Assembly: GCA_046758445.1 (NCBI GenBank)
Contig: JBHIAE010000028.1
Coordinates: forward strand, 1 to 36,786
Source of the DNA: Candidatus Thorarchaeota archaeon
GTDB lineage: Archaea > Asgardarchaeota > Thorarchaeia > Thorarchaeales > Thorarchaeaceae
DNA: 36,786 bases
Direction: 5' to 3'
Below are positions 16,976 to 26,488 of this stretch, piece by piece. The stretch's first letter is position 1, and each line of letters starts with the position of its first letter. The notes under the pieces are model-generated. The model saw only the letters and a program-made list of their open reading frames with translations, searched no databases and had not been told where the DNA came from. The position numbers and the translations under genes were made by a program.

Positions 16976-17617
16976 GTGGCAATTGTGCGTGTCCCGGGAA
17001 CCACTTTGGAGATCAAACTCACAACTGATCGAGTCCAAGTGGAGGACAAGGGTGTCATCAAGGAAGTCGAGTGTGCAGGTCGCACTCTCATGGACGTTCT
17101 TGAAGAGATTCAGCAGTTCGCACATACAAGAGGCGTCAAGACTCCCACAAGGATCTTTGAGATCATTCTGAAGAAGCTTGGTTTTCCCGATGCGGACGTG
17201 TTCCTGAGCAAAGACAACATGACAAAAGATGATGAACGGGAGTTCTCCAATACGTTGAATGTTCTCGAGTCTCTTAAGGACGAGTTTCTCTCACCATCGG
17301 GAACCGCGAAGCTCTCTGATGAAGCCAAGAAACTCTTGACAATAGCTACTGAGGTGGCTGAGGCTAATGAGGCCACCGACAAAGAAGAAACCCGAGAGAA
17401 GAAGCCCAGCATATGGGATGGCGAGCCGCAGAGCAAAGGAGATGGTAAGCTAATATATAGTTTCCACTGGGAGAATCTCCCCGTCAAATCCCCAACATCA
17501 AGGACAAAAGCAAGAGCCAGATCAGACCCCAGAAAGAAGCGGTTCAACTGGGATGATTCAACTGAAATGGATACTGCAGAGGAGATAGCAGCTGAGGAAG
17601 AAACGGCTCACGGTTGA
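16976..17617 (+). CDS. Hypothetical protein with a small folded N-terminus and a charged low-complexity tail
   Basis: 213-aa ORF with an AT-rich upstream region; no recognised family. Confidence 0.7.
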   Translation: MAIVRVPGTTLEIKLTTDRVQVEDKGVIKEVECAGRTLMDVLEEIQQFAHTRGVKTPTRIFEIILKKLGFPDADVFLSKDNMTKDDEREFSNTLNVLESLKDEFLSPSGTAKLSDEAKKLLTIATEVAEANEATDKEETREKKPSIWDGEPQSKGDGKLIYSFHWENLPVKSPTSRTKARARSDPRKKRFNWDDSTEMDTAEEIAAEEETAHG

Positions 17618-17754
17618 GAAACTTTTGCAGGAATGCCATGATTGCTCGTCATGCGACATCTCATAAGTGGAGTGACTATTGAGCAGACAGGACTACTCAT
17701 ATCTCCTACACGGAGACGCATAATGTCCCAATGGATATCAGAAGGGTGGCTCTG

Positions 17755-18057
17755 GTGAGAGTTGACGTCAAGCTGTACGCAGCGCTTCAGAAGTATGCCC
17801 CAGAGGATACCGATGTTGGCGAAACGTTCTCAGTCGAGTTTGACGGAAACAAGGTTCATGAACTCATCGAAACACTAGGCATTGAGGAGGAGCACGCCAG
17901 TATAGTCGTGGTAAATGGCGTTCAGACATCAAGCCTTGATCAGATCCTGGAATCAGATGATCTTGTGGTCATCTTCCCTCCTGTAGGGGGTGGACGAGGC
18001 CGGGCCAATAGCTACCTACAACAGATTCATATCACACGTTACACAGGGAGTCCTTAG
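17755..18057 (+). CDS. MoaD/ThiS/SAMP-like ubiquitin-fold protein with a C-terminal extension after GG
   Basis: MRVDVKLYAAL...IVVVNG...LESDDLVVIFPPVGGG, then CGA and 20 extra codons. GTG start at 17755 is in frame with the track ORF. Confidence 0.85.
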   Translation: MRVDVKLYAALQKYAPEDTDVGETFSVEFDGNKVHELIETLGIEEEHASIVVVNGVQTSSLDQILESDDLVVIFPPVGGGRGRANSYLQQIHITRYTGSP

Positions 18058-18075
18058 GTTAGGAGAGTTTCCAAC

Positions 18076-19674
18076 ATGACGACCTCTGTCACCGATTTCG
18101 ACGAGGCAATGTATCTAGATATCTTGAGAGAAGACCCCCCTCTGAAGCGTTATGTGTCAAGGGGGGATACACGGGACTCGATTGACATACCTGGTCCCCA
18201 CGAGGATGTTGACCGAGCGATATTCAGAGCCATTCGATTCACAATGCAGGATGGGATTCCCCGTTTCCAACCCGTATTGGGTAGCGTTGGAATGGGCAAG
18301 ACTCACCTTTTCTGGGTACTCAAGGACCGTGAAGACTACTTCAGAAAAGGGAAGTTCCTGGCTGTGTACGTTCCTTCTCCACCAGCACCGGTACGCATTC
18401 CCCTACATTTCCATGCATGCATAGTAGATGAGGCCGGGGAGGACATTTTTGACCAGGCTGTAGACGCTCTAATGATCAGGTTTGGGGGACTAAGGGGTGT
18501 TAGCCATGAGATCTATGACTACACCTATGCGCTCGAACGCCTCCTTGTAGACTATCCAGGAATCTCCGCTGATGTTGTGAAAGTCCTACTTCGGTACAGG
18601 CTTGATCCAGCCAATCACGATCTTGCCCGAAGGTGGCTTCTTGGAGACGCTTTGAACCAACGTGAGATTGAGAGGCTCGGTGTACGGACCATCCTCGAAG
18701 ATGACGACGTGACAATGGCAACACTCAAGCTACTTGCCGAAGGGTCAACAGTTCCTATCCTTCTCTTCATTGATGAGATGGAAGGCCCCTATAACGCACA
18801 CGGCGAAGCTGGTGAGCGTCAGTTCTTTGGGGTCCTGAAACGGTTATACAATGAATGCAGGAACATAGTTCTGGTGGCATCTAGTCTCACTGAGATATGG
18901 GACAGAATCTACGACCTCGCCGATGGTCCCACCAAGTCCAGGATGGAGCGATCCGTCCATCTGAAGCCCTTCACACTGGAGGATGTTGCCGAGTTCATTC
19001 AGGAAACAATGAGAGAGTTCTGGAACGCTCAGAATATTGAGGCCCCGCCTGATTTGGTGTTTCCATTTACGCAGGATGACATTGACGAGATGTTCGAAGA
19101 GTCTGATGGCGTTCCTCGAGAGGCAATACGACATGCAATTTCCAAATTGGATTCAATCTTGTTCGAGAAGCCTGAAGAACCGGTTGAGGAACAGCCGGAC
19201 TACGTAGTCAAACTGACCCCCACTGTACTAATTGGCACACTCATCAAGGCATTGGAGATAGCTGGGAAGGAATTCGACATCACGATCAAACTGGACGTGG
19301 AGGCGACGGAGAAGACGAAAGAGTCCACCTCGATAGTCAAAGTTTCGAAGGGTAAGATCAAAAAGAAAATAGCCCTAGACGTTCCCAACGTGAAAGATTG
19401 GGACAGAAGTGGAGGTATCGCGGCCTTCTACTCTGCGAGAAGACTAAAACAAATACTGGACGCGGAGGAGGCCGACATTGGGATGATTGTTGTCCCAGAA
19501 GGAACTGCTGGTGCCAAGTTTCAAGCCATAGAAGAGGAACTCGGGCCAAAGCTGATCGATGTGACACTGACCGAGGCCTCCGGTGGTGCCCTTGTGGAAA
19601 GCACTCAGAAAGGTCGTCTCAAGAAGGCCCAATCGCAAGTGTTCAATGATGCCCTGGATTGGCTCTGCGGCTAA
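18076..19674 (+). CDS. P-loop ATPase (AAA+/STAND-like, BrxD/DUF2791-like central region) with a C-terminal alpha/beta domain
   Basis: Walker A GSVGMGKT, Walker B LLFIDEME, ARRWLLG, and GVPREAI (sensor-like GxPR). AGGAG RBS. Confidence 0.75.
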   Translation: MTTSVTDFDEAMYLDILREDPPLKRYVSRGDTRDSIDIPGPHEDVDRAIFRAIRFTMQDGIPRFQPVLGSVGMGKTHLFWVLKDREDYFRKGKFLAVYVPSPPAPVRIPLHFHACIVDEAGEDIFDQAVDALMIRFGGLRGVSHEIYDYTYALERLLVDYPGISADVVKVLLRYRLDPANHDLARRWLLGDALNQREIERLGVRTILEDDDVTMATLKLLAEGSTVPILLFIDEMEGPYNAHGEAGERQFFGVLKRLYNECRNIVLVASSLTEIWDRIYDLADGPTKSRMERSVHLKPFTLEDVAEFIQETMREFWNAQNIEAPPDLVFPFTQDDIDEMFEESDGVPREAIRHAISKLDSILFEKPEEPVEEQPDYVVKLTPTVLIGTLIKALEIAGKEFDITIKLDVEATEKTKESTSIVKVSKGKIKKKIALDVPNVKDWDRSGGIAAFYSARRLKQILDAEEADIGMIVVPEGTAGAKFQAIEEELGPKLIDVTLTEASGGALVESTQKGRLKKAQSQVFNDALDWLCG

Positions 19675-19708
19675 TCAAGATGGCTTGTTGAGTGATATCG
19701 ACAAACGC

Positions 19709-20362
19709 TCATGTCTGTTGTTCAGAGGACTCTTCGTCTACCGAAGGTGGCACTTGGTCCATCTTTGGCTCATCGCCCGCTTCCACTCCTTTGCATGCAA
19801 TCTCTGGAATCACAATGATTGCTACGAAGACAGCAGCAATAAAGACCAAGCCGGGTGGAGACCGCAGGAAGATGCTGACGTGACCAAGGTTTGGAATCCT
19901 TAAGACCATCACGCCAACAATCTCCTCGATTGTCCGATTCCCCATGTCGTTGGCATGGTTGGCGTCGCCGCGTGTGAAGAAGTAGTATACGTCATTTACG
20001 ATTTGTATCTCAACGACCCGATGTACAATGGGTGCACTGGTGTACCATTCATCCTCGTATACAATAATGTCGCCCACGTGGATGTCCTCTGCGCCTCTTC
20101 CTTCGAGGACCAATAGGTCTCCCACCTGAAGTGCAGGAACCATTGACTCCGTAGTAACGACAACGAGAGGCGAAGTGGTTCGCATGGCAACCATAAACAG
20201 TCCATACCCGCCGAGTGTTGCAATCACTACTATGACAAGTACGATTATTGTCTTCACACTTTCAGATCGTTGGCTCCACTTCAAGAGCTGGCGGGCTCGT
20301 TCCATAGCTGGTTCATCCTTGTATCGCGAACTCTGGTTTTCTAATAAACGTGATGTACTCAT
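19709..20362 (-). CDS. Signal peptidase I, archaeal/ER (Sec11/SipW) type
   Basis: TM helix, then VVVTTESMVPAL..GD, PIVHRV and TRGDAN..D; C-terminal TM. Confidence 0.92.
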   Translation of the reverse strand: MSTSRLLENQSSRYKDEPAMERARQLLKWSQRSESVKTIIVLVIVVIATLGGYGLFMVAMRTTSPLVVVTTESMVPALQVGDLLVLEGRGAEDIHVGDIIVYEDEWYTSAPIVHRVVEIQIVNDVYYFFTRGDANHANDMGNRTIEEIVGVMVLRIPNLGHVSIFLRSPPGLVFIAAVFVAIIVIPEIACKGVEAGDEPKMDQVPPSVDEESSEQQT

Positions 20363-20404
20363 ATCTGAAGCCTTGAGCGTAACCTTAAACTGAACTGCAG
20401 TAGG

Positions 20405-21571
20405 TTGAGCAACGAGGCCAAACCGTTGAGCAGTCTGTGGGTCAAGACATGGAAGAGCACACCACAGATTGACTGCGGTCTGTGTGGTTCCGCAAACTGC
20501 GCAGGTTTTGCTAGAGCCTTGGTTGTTGGGGACCTACGAGTGGACGATTGCCCGTTGCTCGACCTGCCCAAGAACGCCACGCTTCGTGAGAATCTCGAAA
20601 CTCTTAAGGAGAGAACTCCGACGCTTGTGGCAAAGCCAGCCGCCAAACTCCCTGATGGGGGTGTCCTCTTCACGCGCCCGTGCAAGGACACTGATGAGAA
20701 GGTGATGGCAGAGCTCCGGGTCTTTAATGGCGTCCCGGAAGGTGAGCCACTTCGTTTTGGTGTCTTCGACCCAGAGTTACTCTGCGACCTCCTGGAGTGT
20801 GCAGCCTCAGAGTATCAGCTCGTTCGGTGTAGCCGAGACCTTGGATATGCACGAACTGAAGTGAACGACATGAGCATCACCTTCATACAAGACGGGCGCA
20901 TCAATATGCGGAGAGTCAGCAACCAAGAGAAAGTCCTGACGTTGTTTCATCGACTCGAACGGTCCCTTGTGGGAGCCACAATCTGCAATTGCTGTGGTAA
21001 TGACCTCTTGTCTGTCCTATCTGGGTTCGTAGGTCCCCGGGGAGACCACCATCCAGTTCTCAATGCTGGAAGCAGTCTGAGCTTGGAGCGCGAAGTGGTC
21101 GATGATCCTCCAAGCAAGGATGATTTCAAGGCTATCTTTGGAGAAGAATGTAGTCCGTGTGTTGCATCACTTGAAACAGTCTTTCGTTTTCTTGTCGATG
21201 AGCTGGACCGAATCAGGAATGGTGATCTGGAGAGTGGTAAGGATTCTCCTGACATCGAGAAGATCGTTTGCGACTTGGTTGAGTTGGCCGCAGGAAGCAA
21301 GGACGACCGTGCCGCAACGTATGCTCTCGTGGTATTGGCTCTTCTTCATGTTGTCAGAAATGGGATTGCTGGTCTTGTTGACCTCAGTGGCCTTCTGACG
21401 AACATTCCTGAGAGTAGCCGGATGAATGTCCTGAAGGGACTCAATGTAATAGCAGACCGCAATGAAGAGTTCTCGCGCGAATCGGTTGAAGGCCAGATTG
21501 AAGCAGTAGCGCATTTACTCCGAATTGATCGAGCAGTTAGCCTTGTTTCGAATTGGGGTTGGTTAGGCTAG
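20405..21571 (+). CDS. Fe-S cluster-binding protein (N-terminal CxxCxxxxC...CP 'FeS' domain)
   Basis: PQIDCGLCGSANCAGFARAL...CP; further Cys motifs CDLLEC, ICNCCG and CSPC. Confidence 0.75.
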   Translation: MSNEAKPLSSLWVKTWKSTPQIDCGLCGSANCAGFARALVVGDLRVDDCPLLDLPKNATLRENLETLKERTPTLVAKPAAKLPDGGVLFTRPCKDTDEKVMAELRVFNGVPEGEPLRFGVFDPELLCDLLECAASEYQLVRCSRDLGYARTEVNDMSITFIQDGRINMRRVSNQEKVLTLFHRLERSLVGATICNCCGNDLLSVLSGFVGPRGDHHPVLNAGSSLSLEREVVDDPPSKDDFKAIFGEECSPCVASLETVFRFLVDELDRIRNGDLESGKDSPDIEKIVCDLVELAAGSKDDRAATYALVVLALLHVVRNGIAGLVDLSGLLTNIPESSRMNVLKGLNVIADRNEEFSRESVEGQIEAVAHLLRIDRAVSLVSNWGWLG

Positions 21572-21614
21572 CTAGCGATTCCAAAGATGAGCTGCAATCT
21601 GACGGGCTTGTGGA

Positions 21615-22070
21615 TCAGTCAATGGTCCACTTCTTTGTGGCCCTGTCAACAATTCCCTGGACTCGGGGGTGGTCGGTTGCATCGATTCTCCACTCGCGGA
21701 CCCATTCCCACTCTGCCTTCTTGCTAATCGCGTCTTGGAAGATTCTGAGATTTTGGGCAACCAAACGGGCGCATTTCATTGCCTGATGATCATCACACCT
21801 TACGTCCGGGCATTCGGCAGAAGTAACGACGTACCAGAGGTCATCGCCTAGCTTCGACGCTACGATCACTGCAGGGCACACATCTATCTTCTCACGAAAC
21901 ACAATCTGTTCTCCTTCAGTCACCTCTGCCTTTTCAGGTATGCTTGCACCATCTTGTCTGTACCACTCCTCTGTGAAGGTATGAATGACTCTCGTAGTAG
22001 CTTCTCTCAAGAGCTTGAGATCCGCTTTCACAACAATTCCATCACCGCGTAGACCCGATTTCTCGCTCAT
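21615..22070 (-). CDS. Hypothetical protein (151 aa, Cys-containing)
   Basis: Start reassigned to ATG 22070 (MSEKSG), preceded by RBS-like GGAGAAGTGA. Confidence 0.65.
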   Translation of the reverse strand: MSEKSGLRGDGIVVKADLKLLREATTRVIHTFTEEWYRQDGASIPEKAEVTEGEQIVFREKIDVCPAVIVASKLGDDLWYVVTSAECPDVRCDDHQAMKCARLVAQNLRIFQDAISKKAEWEWVREWRIDATDHPRVQGIVDRATKKWTID

Positions 22071-22342
22071 TGTCACTTCTCCGATAGACCTGCCCCACAT
22101 TGAAGTATACCTGCACTTTAGGTTTTGCAGAGCGGATGTCCTGTCGGGCAGTAGGATTTCGTTCTTCCTCGGCACCTCTCTCCTTAAAAGAGACCATTGT
22201 TAGAACCAAGTGCCTCGCTCTCTGAAATAGGAGAAGCACCAATCTGGTCTTGAGGACTCGCTGATCCGTGCTGTTGATTTGACTCGTAGGATAAGGCACC
22301 GTTCTTCGATGAGTGGATTGGCGTTGATGAGGAGGGTACAGA

Positions 22343-23926
22343 GTGTCGGCTCAAGCACGTTCTGATGTTATAATAAAAGGCGGCATGGTAGCTGCGTCAC
22401 AACCGCTAGCGACCCAAGCTGGTGTCAGAGTTCTTAAACTGGGAGGGAACGCAGTCGATGCGGCTGTGGCAGTGGCTGCGGTGCTTGATGTGGTTGAGCC
22501 CTTCGGCACTGGCTGTGGAGGTGACGCTTTTGCCTTAGTGCACATTCCAGGCGCGCAAAAGCCGCTCAGCTTCAATGGTTCTGGTCGTGCCGGATCACTT
22601 GTTTCCTTGGACGACCTTCTCGAGAGAGGCATGACAGAGATACCGTTGCTAGGCGGAGGACCAGTGACCGTACCAGGCGCGTTGCATCTTTCGTCATACC
22701 TCCTCGACAACTACGGCAATCTTGATCTAGCAGACGTTCTTCAAGACGCCATCCATTATGCCGAGAATGGATTTCCTGTTTCGCCGATTATTGCACGCTC
22801 CTGGTCGAACATGATTGGTAGCCTCCAGAACAGTGCGGCGAGGAATACCCTTACCCTGAAAGGCCGGGCTCCGAAGGAGGGAGAAACGATGAAGAACCCT
22901 GACGTCGCGTCGGTGTATAGAAGAGTGGCCGAGGAAGGTGTTGAGCCCTTCTACAAAGGCGACATTGCCGAGGTCATTGTAGAAACGGTTCAGAAGCACG
23001 GCGGGTTCCTCACGGTTGAAGACATGAAGGAGCACGAAACCATCGAAACAAAGCCGATATCGACAGCCTACAGAGGAACGACCGTCTACGAACACCCACC
23101 AAATGGCCAGGGATTCGCCGCACTTGAGATGCTCAACATAATGGAGGAGTTCGATTTTGGAAACTTCGATTGTCAAGGAGTCGAGCGCTATCACACAATG
23201 ATTGAGGCAAAGAAACTAGCATATGCAGACCTCTACGAGCACAACGCGGATCCCGACTTCTACAAGGTGCCACTGGAAACTCTACTCTCAAAACAATACG
23301 CTAGGACGAGAGCTGGCTTGATCAAGACTGATGAAGCGACAAGCTCCTCCGCCTCAGGTGTTCCAATCGGGCAGGACACAGTCTATCTGGCCACTGCAGA
23401 CAAAGAAGACTTCGCTGTTTCTTTCATCAGCAGTCTCTACACGGGTAGCGGATTGGTCGTACCCGGGACAGGGATCAAGCTCCAGAACAGAGGGACTCTA
23501 TTCTCGTTGAACCCCAAACATCCCAACTGCTACGCACCAAGAAAGAGGCCTTTCCATACGATCATCCCTGGTGCTTTGTACAGGGATAAGTCGTTTCTCG
23601 GTGTCTTCGGAATCATGGGAGGTGCCCATCAAGCTCAAGCTCACGCTCAGGTAGTAAGCAATCTGGTCGACTACAACATGACACCTCAGGAGGCCATAGA
23701 TAGTCCACGGTTTCATCACAACCAGGCGGCAAACACTGTTGGAGTCGAAGAGGGTGTCCCCGATGCAGTCCAGATAGAGCTTCTCAGGCTAGGGCACAAG
23801 GTCATAGAAGAGCCACCTGCCACATTCGGCGGTGGACAGGCAATACTACGACTTGAGGATGCTTGGATAGCTGGCTCTGATCATCGAAAGGATGGAATGG
23901 CCACAGGCTTTCAGATTGCAGATTGA
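22343..23926 (+). CDS. ggt: Gamma-glutamyltransferase family Ntn hydrolase
   Basis: GGNAVDAAVA, GCGGDAF, VTVPG, PPNGQG, DTVYL (nucleophile Thr), RPFHTIIP, GIMGG, GGGQAI and SDHRKDG. Confidence 0.93.
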   Translation: MSAQARSDVIIKGGMVAASQPLATQAGVRVLKLGGNAVDAAVAVAAVLDVVEPFGTGCGGDAFALVHIPGAQKPLSFNGSGRAGSLVSLDDLLERGMTEIPLLGGGPVTVPGALHLSSYLLDNYGNLDLADVLQDAIHYAENGFPVSPIIARSWSNMIGSLQNSAARNTLTLKGRAPKEGETMKNPDVASVYRRVAEEGVEPFYKGDIAEVIVETVQKHGGFLTVEDMKEHETIETKPISTAYRGTTVYEHPPNGQGFAALEMLNIMEEFDFGNFDCQGVERYHTMIEAKKLAYADLYEHNADPDFYKVPLETLLSKQYARTRAGLIKTDEATSSSASGVPIGQDTVYLATADKEDFAVSFISSLYTGSGLVVPGTGIKLQNRGTLFSLNPKHPNCYAPRKRPFHTIIPGALYRDKSFLGVFGIMGGAHQAQAHAQVVSNLVDYNMTPQEAIDSPRFHHNQAANTVGVEEGVPDAVQIELLRLGHKVIEEPPATFGGGQAILRLEDAWIAGSDHRKDGMATGFQIAD

Positions 23927-23928
23927 CC

Positions 23929-25533
23929 CTAGTAGTCCATTATGACATCAAGGGCAATGTTGTCCGCATGGTCGCTTATCCGTTCCAGATTCCTAAGCGT
24001 TTCCACAAAGATTGTGTCAGCCTCAGGCATGCAGATGCCATCTCGCATTCTATCACGATGGTTCTTCTTGAGTTCTCTCTCAAGCGCATCGACCTCGTCT
24101 TCGAGAATCACTGCCTCCCTGGCAAGGTCTCTGTTCTTGGTCCTGAGTGCCTTGATTGCTGTTGAGTAGGTTTCCTCAACAAGATCAAACATCCTCTCGA
24201 GCTCTCTAACACCGGTCTTCGAGAACCTTATGCCATTCTGCATTCTCTCAAATGCAAATTCCGCAATGTTGTTTGAGAGGTCTCCAACCCGCTCTACATC
24301 AGTCAGAATGGCGAGAAGCTTCATTCTCCAAATGGTGTCTTCTTGTCCAAGCTCCTCCTCCCTAATCTTGTCAATGAATCTTTCAGTCGTCCTACAGTTA
24401 TCATCCACTTCGTCCTCGTATCTCAGCACACGATCTGCCTTGTCCGGATTCATTTCAAGAAGTGCGGTTCTGCCTTCTTGAATCATGGTGAGTGTGATGT
24501 CAGCTGTTCGAATGACTTCTCTCTCAGCCTCTCTTAGAGCAGCCTGAGGCATGTGAAGCATCTGGTCGTCAAAGCTGTGCTTACCGATTACCTCTCCTTC
24601 TTTGTCAGGAATGACTCTCTCACAGAACCTTACAAGGAGTCCAACGAGCGGGACGAAGAGAAAGCTCACTATGACGTTGAAGATCGTGTGGGCGTTTGCA
24701 ATCTGTCTTGGCAAATCGGGGGTTGTGAGCACGACAAGGTCTGAGAACGGTCCGAGGAAAGGCACGAAGATTGCCACGCCTATCATGTTGATCATTGTCT
24801 GAGCTAGGGCCGTTCTCTTGGCTGGTGACGTGGCTCCGATGGCGGCAACTATCTCAAGGAAGCAAGTTCCAATGTTCGCTCCCATGACAAGAGCAATGCC
24901 TGCATCAAGCCGTATGACGTTGCTCATGCCAAGAGCAATCACCAGGCTTGTTGTAGCAGAACTGCTCTGTGTGATCCCAGCTATGACTGCACCTATTAGA
25001 ATCCCGATCAGTGGATTCGAACCGTAGTCATTTATCAAATCCACGAAAACCTGGTTCTCTCCCAAGGGACTCGCACTCAGCTTGATGAAGTCCATGGACA
25101 AGAAGATGAGGCCCAAACTGAAGAGAACCTTGCTCACAAGGTCGACTTTCTCATTCTTCGAGAACATACTTCCGAAGAATCCGAATGCTATCAGCGGCCA
25201 ATACATCATTCCGATCTCAAAGGCCACTAACTGGGCAGTTATGGTGGTCCCAATCTCGGATCCAAGCATGACGTTTACTGATTGGCTGAAGGTCATCAGT
25301 CCAGCGTTCACAAACCCAATCAGAGTCAGTACTGTAATGCTTGAGCTCTGCGTCATCACGGTGGCTGCCGCCCCTGCCCACATACCTTTCACTGGGTTGT
25401 TGCTGACTCTCTCTAGAATTCGCGTTACTCTTGCTCCAGAGACCTTCCCAAGGGTTTCTCGGAGCAACGTTATCCCATACATGAAGAGGGCAAGACCACC
25501 GATGATGCCGAACGCCAACTCAAAGCTCTGCAT
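23929..25533 (-). CDS. Na+/Pi cotransporter family protein with C-terminal PhoU repeats
   Basis: Two QSSS repeats, GSEIGTT/GANIGTC, IANAHTIFN, and PhoU motifs DVERVGD and NLERISDHA. Start set at ATG 25533. Confidence 0.92.
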   Translation of the reverse strand: MQSFELAFGIIGGLALFMYGITLLRETLGKVSGARVTRILERVSNNPVKGMWAGAAATVMTQSSSITVLTLIGFVNAGLMTFSQSVNVMLGSEIGTTITAQLVAFEIGMMYWPLIAFGFFGSMFSKNEKVDLVSKVLFSLGLIFLSMDFIKLSASPLGENQVFVDLINDYGSNPLIGILIGAVIAGITQSSSATTSLVIALGMSNVIRLDAGIALVMGANIGTCFLEIVAAIGATSPAKRTALAQTMINMIGVAIFVPFLGPFSDLVVLTTPDLPRQIANAHTIFNVIVSFLFVPLVGLLVRFCERVIPDKEGEVIGKHSFDDQMLHMPQAALREAEREVIRTADITLTMIQEGRTALLEMNPDKADRVLRYEDEVDDNCRTTERFIDKIREEELGQEDTIWRMKLLAILTDVERVGDLSNNIAEFAFERMQNGIRFSKTGVRELERMFDLVEETYSTAIKALRTKNRDLAREAVILEDEVDALERELKKNHRDRMRDGICMPEADTIFVETLRNLERISDHADNIALDVIMDY

Positions 25534-25688
25534 GGGTTGGGACGGTCCACGGAGCAACAGAGTATATGAAGCTTTTCTGCGGTCTGCTGATCCAGATATC
25601 GAAACCGATAAGTCAAAGCAACATCATTTTGGTCGATTGTCATGTCCTTTGAGTTCTTCACTGATGACGAGTACAAGGACGCTTTCGT

Positions 25689-26438
25689 TTGGTTGGTGAC
25701 ATCAGATCGAAGATTGCCAGTCTTGTTACTCGAATGGGAGAGAGTCCAATCGATACGATTGTTGATATCCCTGCTGGGCATGGCTATCTAGCGGCAGAGT
25801 TTGCCAAACTACTTCCAGCAAGTCGTTTGCTAGGTGTAGGACTACCCAGTGACATCGTCTCGTACAACCAGTTGAGAAGGTCTGAGGCGTTTGCAGAAGA
25901 GGTCTGGTCGAGAATCGATTATCTCTGTAGTGATGCGATGTACCTTCCAATTCGTGACAATTCGTGTGACCTAGTCGTGAACTTTCTTGGTCTAGAAGAC
26001 ATCAAGATGACTAGAGGTGAAGAAGGCGTGAGGCAGGCCCTCGCAGAGATGGTGAGAGTCGTGAAGCCGAGTGGGCTTGTGCAAATCAGCGTTGCCGAAT
26101 ATGGTGACCTCCCTGAAGAGAGAATCGCCGAAGAAGTGTGGAAATCAACGGGGCTGAACGTTGACTTCGCACCCCGTGATTGGTACGCTCAAGTGCTGGA
26201 GAGTGCCAATGTGAAATGCGCAGGCGAAGACGAGTTCTTATATCCCAAGAAGATGACCGCAGAGCAGGCGAAGGAGGAGTTGCGGTTCGCCTGCGAGAAA
26301 ACACCTCGGACATTCTTCTCCTTTGGGGTCTCTGCTATCAGTTTCGAGAAACTCTGGTCTAAGCACGGCGAGAAGATTGAGAAGCATGGCATGGCCTATT
26401 GGTCAAGAATTCGAGTCATCCTATTTCAGAAAGCGTGA
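25689..26438 (+). CDS. Class I SAM-dependent methyltransferase
   Basis: IVDIPAGHG, SDAMYLPIRDNSCDLVV and EMVRVVKPSG motifs. Confidence 0.85.
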   Translation: MVGDIRSKIASLVTRMGESPIDTIVDIPAGHGYLAAEFAKLLPASRLLGVGLPSDIVSYNQLRRSEAFAEEVWSRIDYLCSDAMYLPIRDNSCDLVVNFLGLEDIKMTRGEEGVRQALAEMVRVVKPSGLVQISVAEYGDLPEERIAEEVWKSTGLNVDFAPRDWYAQVLESANVKCAGEDEFLYPKKMTAEQAKEELRFACEKTPRTFFSFGVSAISFEKLWSKHGEKIEKHGMAYWSRIRVILFQKA

Positions 26439-26488
26439 ATCTCGCTCAGTGAACACATACGTTGCGGCCACTCGGACTGCTGATGAAT

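Noticed and set aside
18076-19674. Complete BREX defence system
   Set aside because: No pglZ, pglX or brxC-like neighbours; the methyltransferases are ~14 kb away and of a different family.
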